This document shows, one piece after another, positions 1 through 9,520 of a stretch of 64,000 bases of DNA. How positions within the stretch are numbered: position 1 is the first letter of the stretch; the number at the start of each line of letters is the position of its first letter. A program made the position numbers and the translations under genes. Below the pieces are notes generated by a model, which was not told the DNA's origin, searched no databases, and saw only the letters and a program-made list of their open reading frames with translations. This DNA is from Camelus ferus (lineage: Eukaryota): assembly GCF_009834535.1 (NCBI RefSeq), contig NC_045696.1, forward strand, positions 118,546,001 through 118,610,000, written 5' to 3'.

Positions 1-99
1 TTTTGACTTATTTTTAGGACAGAGTAGAGACTTCCAAGCTTCTTACACACTGGACTGGAAACCTCAAGTTCACTCGTCTAGTATTAATGCAGCCCAGGA

Positions 100-900
100 A
101 TCTTATTTTCTTTCAGCATCATCATTGTGAGCTCAGATTAGCCTTGTAGACCATTCCAAAACAGTTTTGTTTAGGTGTTTGATTTATTTTTAACATAAAC
201 TTACGTTAATCTATGCCTCCCTATTCTATACGTAATGTGCAGTTGCAAAGCATTTTAACCTAAGTGCATAAGCTTTTATTATCTTCATTAAATTTTATGT
301 TTCATTATTTCTCATGGTACTCTGTTGAGAGCATTTTAAATTTTGATCATTCTGTCTGATACATTGGGTGTCTCTGCAACCTTTGGTCTCAAATTTGATA
401 AGCACGTGTTCTCTTTCTTCAAGTCACAAAATTGTAGGATTTTCTATCTAAAAGAGACACAGAATATCATATAATTCAGTCCCCTTGGTTTAAAGATCAG
501 GAAGTGTAGGTCCAGACAGCCGGCTAAATAACTCTTCCAAGTTACATAACCCAGTGATAGAAGATCATGACCTTAAATAAAAGGACTGGTGAGCTAGTGT
601 GCGAAGCAAGTCTGAGACACATATCACCAGGTGGGGGCCAGAACATTCCACAGTACACGTGAGGCACAATTGTCCAGCTATAACTAAGCATGTATTGTCC
701 CCTGCTGTATCCACTGGCACTGACATACCTGGATAAAATCTAACAGATGTCAGTGCTTCAGACAAGAAATAAAGTTGTCTTAGGATGACTTTTTTTAGTG
801 AGCTATACTGGCTACTTGTAATAAACTCAGCCATTTCCAGTAATTAGTAAAAATATTTGTGTAAACCAGTCTGTTTTCCAGTTTGGTTCCCATAATTTTG
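100..900 (-). mobile_element. Very old LINE remnants, probably CR1/L3, with a MIR-like piece at about 470-560
   Basis: Degraded RT-like text (…tctcaaatttgataagcacgtgttctctttcttcaagtca…) resembles L3 in antisense; recognised by eye only. Confidence 0.35.
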
Positions 901-959
901 AAAAATCAGAATATTTCCCTATTTCTATTCTTCTGATATTTCTGTTTTTATTTAATAAA

Positions 960-1330
960 ACAAAATGAGTAACATACTTAAACAAAACAAACGCAAGTAT
1001 CTAAAATTTTTAAATATATCTAAATAACAATTGAGTCAACAGACTATTTGAAAAAATGGGGGGAAATCTTTGATACTGTTGCTGTAATCAGATGCAAATG
1101 TGTAGCTTTAAATGCTTTTATGGGGAAAAAGAGAAAATGGATAAATGAATAAATGAATGAACCGAGCAGTCAACCTTTGGGAACACGAGAAAAGAAATAA
1201 TAAGAAAAATGTAAGTTCGACTGTAGAGGAAAATAATTAAAAATAAGTTGGAAAACTCATTCCTCGACAAAAATATAAAACAAGCATCTAACAAAATTTT
1301 ATTGCCAAAGGAGTGAAATAAACAGATAGT
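960..1330 (+). mobile_element. Ancient L1 (L1ME-like) ORF2 fragment
   Basis: A-rich, with L1-like phrases (gtgtagctttaaatgcttttat…gaaaaagagaaaatg…aaatgaa). Confidence 0.45.
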
Positions 1331-4129
1331 AGATACCTAGTATTAGACTTACAACTGAAATCTCTAGGTCGGAAGGAAATAAGCCAGGGTGGTATCGAGA
1401 TTTGTATACCAGGAGAGGAAAGGTTGTGCAGAATTCTTACAGAGGCGATCCTTTTTTAAAAAGCTTTAGAGAGGTTTTAGAAGTTGAATGAGAACAGCTC
1501 ATGATCCTGGCTGTTAGGAGGCACTGGAGACCCTAGACGGTCTTTGAGCAAGCAGAGTGTGAGCTAGAAGGCCAGGCTGTAGGAGATAAGTCAGTAGGAA
1601 GAGCCAGCAAGTCACCCATTCTCAGAATTTCAGAAACTGATCGAAAGGGGCCCAGCAGTGAAGCCAGTTTGGGTTCTGGTATGGGCCTTTTGAAGGATTC
1701 ATGGATCTTCAGAAAAATACCTCTGTTGCTACTGACTTAATCTGCTACCTGAGGTTGTGCCAATAGTAAGTTCTTGGCACTATTGCAAAACAGTCCCTCT
1801 TACATGCTATTTTTAGCAATAGAATGTGGTAGACTACAGTAGTGAAAGACTGATTACACAGAATTAGTTACTCATTAGATTTGATAATATTTCATGTCTT
1901 GTTAACTACCAAACCCTCCTAATATTCATTTTAACACTGTTTACACTTTGCACCCCATCTTTAATCCAGTCCAGCCCTCACTGTCCATCAGATCTCTTGA
2001 CAACTGGATTACGTTTCATTAATTTAGCACACGTGACTTAATAGTGTATATCACAGCCAATAACTGTTGCAAATTGTTCGGGATGTCTTGTGAAGAGTGT
2101 TGCTGCTACTGTTTAAGATCTGTATCAGCCTATCTGCCATAAAAGTCATGAAACAAACGATGGACTGCGTGCTTTCTTTAGAAGTTCATGGTTCACAAGT
2201 GTTACTGTCTGAAAATACAAGGAGTCACCTTCAACATTTGTTTTGATAATAAAATATTCTTCTGGAAGCTATGAGTAGTGGGTGAGGGGGAAATTGGTTA
2301 AAAACAAAAAATGTTCCAAAAAGGAAAACAGTGCTCAGCCCCTTTTGAAGAGCGATTCAGATGAAAAATTGCTTGGCGCGAGCTTGCTCTCTGTTTTTTG
2401 TGGTTACTAGCGGTAATGAAGATGCATTCACCATCGTCTCTTGATGATGCTCTGGCAGTTTCTTAGTACTTTTATCAACATATAAATTGTAGAACTGGCA
2501 ATATGGGAATTTGACTAGTACATTTTTGTTTATAAAAAAGGGGGTAACAACATTATAACTTATTCATATCTGTGAATTATGAATCTTGACTTGCAAATAA
2601 GCAAAACAGAACTTCCTTCTGCCGTCGCTCCCAGGAGATGGGCATGCAGACAAGCTGCTAAGTGCAGTGTGGGAGGTGAAGGCCTTCTTGGTCCAGAATG
2701 TATGAGTTCCATACACGTCATTCATGCCTGTTCTCGATACATGCATATTGAGGGCCTCCTCTGTTGCCAAGCTGTGCTGTCTGTACACTGAGAATGCTCT
2801 CCCTCATTACGAAGCAGCTGACAATGGGAAGTGAGTGGTGCAGATCACTCTATGTCCTTCTGTCCATTAGGAGATGTTATTTTCCATAATTTGGGGAAGG
2901 ACATTAAATAGCTCAGTTCTTTAAAGATGAAACGATGCAACAAGAACCATTTGAAAAATGATTTTTTCACATCTCATTGCATTAGAAGTAAAGAGCTCTT
3001 CCTTCTATAAGGCTGAATTCCAGGTTTTAAGTTTGATTTGTCCTCTCTCCTGAGCACTGTAAGTCTCCAACACCCAACCCGTAATAGTAGCTAGAACCAT
3101 TAGAGAAAATGTTACGGAAGGAAGAAGCAGTGTTCTTTGCTTTTTATTACAGAAGGATGGATTGGTTCTGTTTTAGTGCTGAATCTGGTAATGCCAAGGG
3201 TACAGCTGTCATAGAAAAGCAGGAGAATGGCTGTGTGAGGGCTGCCAGGTAGAGCTGAGGGAAGGACATGACGGGAAAATCCAAGTTAACTAAAATCCTA
3301 ACAAGCGGATCCCTCCAACTTGATTTTCAGTTTCCTATTTTTATCAAAAAGAAGCTAAATGTGAGAAAATGAGCTCCTAGGAAGGATTTGGGCAGTAAAA
3401 AAATACAAATTCGATAGTGACATGGAGTTGGACCACCTTCTACAACTAAAATAATTTATAATCATAACGGTCTTTGAGACAATAGCCCTGAGATACTTGA
3501 TGATTACGAATCACTGGGGAAGTAATCATTCGTTTTAACAAACGTTTACTTGGTGTCCTCTATTTGCCAGTTACATCATCGGGTGCCAACAGAACATGGT
3601 TGCTGAGAGAGGCGGTTTGTGAGCGGGAAGGGGGGTCACTGCTGCTGGGAGGTGGAGTGAAACAGGGGTGGACTTTGGGCTCTGCAGTGCGGGCCATGGG
3701 TGACCTCGAGAGATGGTTTCAGAGCAATGGCAGCCACAGCCAGACCTCGGTGGGCGGGACTGGGGAAGACACTTGTCTGAAAAAAAAACACGTTGTAAAG
3801 AGGTTAAGAAGGACGGTCACTAGAAAAGAATGAGGGTTCAGAGAAGTTGATGCCCACCTACGCATGCGCTCACGCACCACAGTGGTACGCTAGCGGGAGC
3901 GATCCAGTAGGAAGGAGAAAGTGGAGAGGAGGGTGCGGGAGCAGAAGTCTCCAGGTGATGCAGGAGATGAGGGTGCGGGAGAGGAGGACGCGGGAGACAG
4001 GACACACAAGCAACGGTCTCCAGAGGTCAGAGCAGGTGGGATCCAGAGCACCCCGGGGGATTGGCCATGGCTGGGAGCGAGGACTCTTCCTCCCTGGTAA
4101 TAGGTGGAAAGACTCAGACTACAGGTAGG

Positions 4130-4718
4130 CTCAGCTGCCATTTAACAGGTGTTTATAGAACAATTACTGTGTTCTGGGGAGCGGCAGTATAGCAGAGAGA
4201 CTTAAGTCCTGGGCTCCCTGAAGCTTTTATTCGACTGGGGGATAGAGGAGATGGACAAATAATAGCCAAAGAAGTGAAATATGTAATATGTCCGATGATG
4301 CAGAGTGCTGTCAAGAGAAGTCAAGCAGGGGTGTGGGGAAGGGGGGTACAGAATGCGGGTGGTAGTGGGGCTGAGGGGCTAGACGCAGTTCTCTTGAACT
4401 GGACACTTGATGTACTTCTGTGAATTTACTCCGTGGCTCTCAGACACACTTTAAAAATGAGATGAAATGTGGCCTTGTTCCCACAGTCCCTGGGAATTCC
4501 ACTCAGCCTTGTTTCCCAGGCGCCCCTCTGTGTGTACCCAAGGCGCCCAACCCTGTACCTCTGCTTTAGAGCCCTCATCACGGGTTTTAGTCATACATTT
4601 ATTTCTGTGATTATCCGATTCATATGGTTATTGCCTGCTGGACTGGAATCTCCGGGAGGGGAACTATGTCTTTTTGGGACAGTCACAGTGCAGGTACTGA
4701 TAAGCCCTGAATGAATGG
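4130..4718. mobile_element. L2 3'-end fragments (one minus at about 4130-4370, one plus at about 4560-4718)
   Basis: L2-type terminal motifs (…gtgcaggtactgataagccctgaatgaatggaa; atttaacaggtgtttatagaacaattactgtg). Confidence 0.45.
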
Positions 4719-4746
4719 AAGACTATTTTCCATAAGCCACATCTTT

Positions 4747-4943
4747 TTTTTTTTTTTTTCAATTGATGTACAGTCAGTTACAATGTGTCAGTTTCTCATG
4801 TACAGCCCAAGATCCCGGGCATGTATATACATACATATACTCATTTTCGTATTCTTTTTCACCAAAGTTTATTGCAAGATATTGAATATAGTTCCTTGTG
4901 TTATATAGAAGAAACTTTTTTAAATTTACTTTTATATATAGTA
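4747..4943 (-). mobile_element. 5'-truncated camelid L1 3'UTR fragment
   Basis: Poly-T followed by aattgatgtacagtcagttacaatgtgtca; TSD CATAAGCCACATCTTT (4731-4746) / CATAAACCACATCTTT (4944-4959). Confidence 0.85.
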
Positions 4944-5138
4944 CATAAACCACATCTTTAAGAATCTTGTTATTTTACTATTCTGCGGTCACTCAAGTTT
5001 TCACACCCCACTTCGTGTAGCTGATCTAGCAAATGACCTTTGGCAAAGCAGGTAAGGTAGATTTTCATACCAACAGAGTATGTGAGAGTTGTCCTCCAAT
5101 TTGAATAATGTCTCTTGACCTTTTTTTTTTTTTAACAG

Positions 5139-5330
5139 AACCAATGCCAAAGGCGCTCCCCTGAATATAAACAAGGTCTCTAATAGCCTGATTAACTTTG
5201 GAAGAAAGTTGATTTCTCCAGCAATGGCCCCAGGCAGCGTGGGTGGCCCTGTCCTAGGAGGCGTTGGCAGCAGCCCTTCCCCTGCCGTGGTTCCCACCAG
5301 GACCTTTGCAGAGGCCCCCAGACACCCTTT

Positions 5331-5404
<74 letters not shown>

Positions 5405-5446
5405 GGCTGATGAAGTCGGAAAGCATGCCAGTGCAGCTGAACAAAG
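5139..5446 (+). CDS. TBC1D5: TBC1D5 internal coding exon (308 nt, phase 2 to phase 1): (R)TNAKGAPLNINKVSNSLINFGRKLISPAMAPGSVGGPVLGGVGSSPSPAVVPTRTFAEAPRHPL-Q24-RLMKSESMPVQLNK(G)
   Basis: T-rich tract then AACAG acceptor (AG 5137-5138); AAAG|GTAAGG donor (GT 5447-5448); open frame. The peptide matches my recollection of mammalian TBC1D5 downstream of the TBC domain (NSLINFGRKLISPAM...QRLMKSESMPVQLNK). Confidence 0.96.
5332..5403 (+). repeat. Pure (CAG)24 coding trinucleotide repeat encoding polyglutamine
   Basis: Counted directly: 72 nt of uninterrupted CAG, in frame. Confidence 0.99.
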
Positions 5447-8400
5447 GTAAGGGAAGACCGCTAGCAAGTTCAGAGGAAGCGCTCCCAGTGAGCCTGGGGT
5501 TTCCTCACCTGCCTCTGAGGAGTCACCACCCTAGGAAGAGAAGTTAATGCACAACTAAATTTTTAAAAATCTGTTATCTTGGATCCTTTTACAGTTGGAA
5601 TATCAGATACTATATGGTTCTTAAGGTAATTGGTTAAGGTTCTTTTTTAACATTCAGGCCTTAGGATACTTGCCTCCAAGTCCTGGCTGTGCCCACAGAG
5701 TGTAGCGTGGACCATCACAGCACAGAACTTGAAATCAGTCAACTGTGATCCCTGCGGACGTTGGGTCGTGCTGCTCTGGGGAAAGTTCTGGTGCCGTGGG
5801 CTCTGCCAGCCACCCCATAAATCCCTGCACTTGGTTTGGAAGAAGTGTGTCACCAGGCTTATAGTCACCCTTCAGGGACCTCTGAGACATACAACTAGAC
5901 AAGGCGAGGGGTGGGGGAGCCAAACAGAGTATCTCAAGCAGCCCGAGTAAGTGTCTGAGTCCCTACACCAAGAGGTGGAAGCTGAGGACATCAGAGCGGA
6001 AGAAGCAGAGATGGTCCCTCCCCGTCTCTCAGTTGCTGCTGCTGGATTGCTGTTGGCGGCTCTCTTGCTGCTGGGACTCGGGGAAGCACCTTTCCAGCTC
6101 AGGGCCTTTCCAGGGCTTCACCTCCCCATGTATTTTACTCAGAAGACAGCCCTTGAGGTTCATACTCAGAACCTTGTTCTCTTCTTTTCCACTTACTTTT
6201 AAAGACATCTGTATTAAGTGCCCCTATTCATAGCCAGTTAGAAACAACTACATTTGTTCTTAGTGGTGGGACTCTGTCTATACCGTGGAAGCAAGAACAG
6301 TAACACAATGGCAGAAAATCTACAAAAATCAACCCTAAGACCCTACAAGGCATAGAGTCTGTGGCCATGAAGTATCAGGGCAAATATCCTGACCCAGGCG
6401 TCCTGCGCGTCTTAAAGGGGTCCCTGCATCCCAGCCGTGTTCAGTTCCTGGTGTTGACAATAACAGTAGTAAAACTGAGTCAGTAAGAAGACCTTGACCC
6501 ATGTTCCATGTACTCTGCTTAAGAAGGTTGCATCCAAAATTATTAAAAACTTTAAAGTATTGACATTTAAACTGGTAAACTTAAGTTAGATGGACTCTCT
6601 TCCCCAGTGATAGAAAATGATGAGTGTTACGCAATGATGAGTGTGTTCTTCTGTTATTTACATCGTCTTATCCTCCGTTCCCTCTAGGAGGTATTTGACC
6701 TCATATAATTAGTATTTAAATTTCTATGAGAATACTCAATTTGCCTTACATAAGACTCTTTTTTTTTAAATTAACATTCTTTCTTTTTAATATCGAGCTA
6801 TCACACATGATTTAAAGAAAAGGAGACTTCAGATCTTTAACATATCGTAAGTGTATTTTAATGCCAGGAGACATGCCCACTTCCAGAGTGGAAATGAATG
6901 TTATTTTATATATTTCTTAATTGTACTGTTTGATTGTTCTAAACAAATATGATTGCGGTACTACTTTGATAACAAGTTGTAGTCAGTAGTAATTCTAACT
7001 GATGGCAGGCAGATGCGTCAGAGAATCTCAGTGCTGTAGCTTAAATTTTCAGAGGAACCAAGCCAAATGACTCTAGAAATATAAAGTTGTGTCTCTAAGG
7101 AAATGTCAAGTATTAATATCACAGCAAGTGAGGAGGGAAGTGCGTGAGGATGGAACAACCGATGCAGACCAAGTCCGCAGTTATAAGGAAGCAGCAGAGC
7201 ACTTAAGCAGAGTGTCTGGAATGGGAGCATCACGGGGGCGTTTTGTAACTGATCCCCGGGCTGGAAGGAACTTATCTCGTTCAGCAACTTTTCTTTTTAT
7301 TTCTGGTTTGTTCTTCTCCTGTCAACCCACCTTCACATTAAAGATCAGTAGAGCTGCTCATGCCCCTCCCTGCATAAAGGTTTGAATACAGAGATAAAAG
7401 GCCCTGGGAATGGTTGATATCGCAAAGGTGGGGTAGGTGACGCCCTTCCCTCCTTCATTCTCCGATGAACCACAGGCGGTCCTGCAGCTCTCTGACCTTT
7501 GTTCCCTCACTCTGAGAGAAGAGGCTTGGACTGACCCCCGGGAGCCTCCCAGCTCCAAAAATCTAAGGTTCCTTTGGGTAAAAGATGCATTTATTAACTC
7601 AGCTCCAACCCTGGTTGTCATACTGGTGTTTTGCACACATGTCCTGCTGTGTGGTGACACTGACCAGTCTGTGAGCGTGTCACCTGGTCCCAGAGATAAG
7701 TGAGCAGTCTTTACTCTGTCAAGAGGCTGGGGTCGAAATGTGACTTCTCTCTTAGAACTGCTCAGTGCCTTTGAGGGAAGATGTGTAACCACCCTCTTAG
7801 TGTACTCCGCTGGAAAATTTGAAAGTTGTTGGGAAAATGGTCGTTTATGCAGATGAAAATGCTTCTGGCTTTCGTTGGTTAGTTAACTCTCAGTTATTTG
7901 TGCTTATCTAGGGAAACAGTTCTATGGAAAACCCAGAATTCGTATATCTGGTGCCTGAAATGCACCCTGTAGTTGGTGTGTGTGTTGAAGGCGGGGTCAC
8001 GAAGGAAGAAGGGAGCGCAGATTTTCCGTAATTTTCCTGGTGACAGCCAATATTAAAATTAGCTTTCAGTCTCTAAATAGACATTAATAGGGATCCAGAA
8101 GCAGCAGCGCAAAATGGGTAGCAAGCATAGAATTGAAAATGTTCAAATGTACAGAAAATTAGGCATACCACTTATCAGTGCATGGAGAGTTACTGTATTA
8201 TGAAAATTCAGGACCTGATAAGTTTCATTGAAAGTCATTTATCACTTGTTTGGTGTATGTACCTATTTATAGATTTTATTTCAGTTATAAGAGAATATAA
8301 ATGCGTGTACTGTTAATTGATAGGGATGGTCTAATTACAAGCCAATAATTTCCAGATGAGTTGGCCTTGCTGTAAATCATAATCGTGGCAAGTGGTCACG

Positions 8401-9435
8401 GCACTGAGGGTGTGTTATGTAACTCAGAAACTGATTTTGTACTATTGTATAAAAGCTACAGGGAAAGCAAATCTGTTAATCATACATGATCACACACAGA
8501 AAATATGGTGCCTTTTAAGAAGGCTTGTCTCTTAAGCTTGTTAATCTCAAAATAGCATTGGACTGCAGATGCTGACATAGCCAGAGAATGATTTTGTTGG
8601 CAATGACTGTGCTTAATGTTGAACTTTGTCATCCAGGAAGGAAATCAAAGCACCAGAAAGTCTTCCCTCTAAACGGCCGTGTACCTCAAGTGCCGCGCAG
8701 AATTTCCTTTTCCTTTTCCTGTCTCTCCTGTATTCTTAAAACACTGCTTTTTCCTCCCTTTTCCTTTGTCTATTTTTGAATTTGAACACTTCTTTATTTT
8801 AAGCATTTACTACAGGCCCAATTTGTAAATGAAATCTCGCCTATAATAAGTATATCAAGTTTAAAGGGTATGCAGTTCACAGATTTATTTTTACATGTTG
8901 ACATTTATAAGTACATGTGGTAACTTAAGAAATCTTTTCAATACTTAATATGAAATTAGAACTTGTTTAGGTCTTTGTCACTGAAGAAATTGGTTTCAAG
9001 CTTAGTTAAAAATAAATTTTGTCTGTTGTAGGAGGGTATCAGTTTCAAAAGACAGCTTACTTCTTAATAAAAGCATATAACTTACTTTTGGATAAAGAAT
9101 TTTTTTAAAATAAGAAAATATAAAATCACACAATTATGCATAGTGAAATCTGCACAGCAAAGTCTTTTGATTGCTAAAGTCTCCCGTACTCTAGACTAGT
9201 AGAAACTTGCTTTTTTCTTTTTTAAAAAATGCAGAAAAGCATTTTAGGAAACACTTTTTGAGAATTATTTTCTTTTTAAAATATTTTATGTTAATTTTAT
9301 TAAGATTGTGTTGCATTTTCTGTGTCACTGTACTTTTAGTCATTAGATTGATAAGTATTACAACATTAAGTGTGAAAGAAAAGTTGTTTTTTTCCCCTTT
9401 TGTGAAATCTAATTACTTTTTCTTATGAAATCCAG

Positions 9436-9501
9436 GCGATGTAGTTACAGGAAGCGATGCTCAGGTTTCTGTTCCTGTCCAGACTCTAACTGACCTCCCA
9501 G
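9436..9501 (+). CDS. TBC1D5: TBC1D5 66-nt symmetric (phase 1/1) cassette exon: (G)DVVTGSDAQVSVPVQTLTDLP(G)
   Basis: Branch-like CTAAT 9409-9413, TCCAG acceptor (AG 9434-9435), CAG|GTACAG donor. Length is a multiple of 3 and the frame fits both neighbours. It is consistent with the recalled +22-aa long isoform of TBC1D5. Confidence 0.85.
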
Positions 9502-9506
9502 GTACA

Positions 9507-9520
9507 GTTACCATGGCAAC
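9507..9520. promoter_or_regulatory. RFX X-box-like palindrome GTTACCATGGCAAC
   Basis: Fits the 14-bp RFX consensus GTTRCCATGGYAAC; starts at intron position +6 after the cassette exon. Function is not shown by sequence alone. Confidence 0.55.

Noticed and set aside
5001..5467. Minus-strand poly-Cys (5001-5444) and poly-Ala (5192-5467) ORFs
   Set aside because: They are antisense shadows of the CAG repeat in the real exon, with no independent evidence.
5447..5547. Extension of ORF 5209-5547 beyond 5446
   Set aside because: A strong AAG|GTAAGG donor sits at 5447 and TBC1D5-like sequence resumes only in later exons.
6616..6644. Two ATGATGA (C-box-like) motifs in a 12-bp direct repeat, suggesting an intronic C/D snoRNA
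   Set aside because: There is no CTGA D box at a suitable distance and no terminal stem; a small local duplication explains it better.
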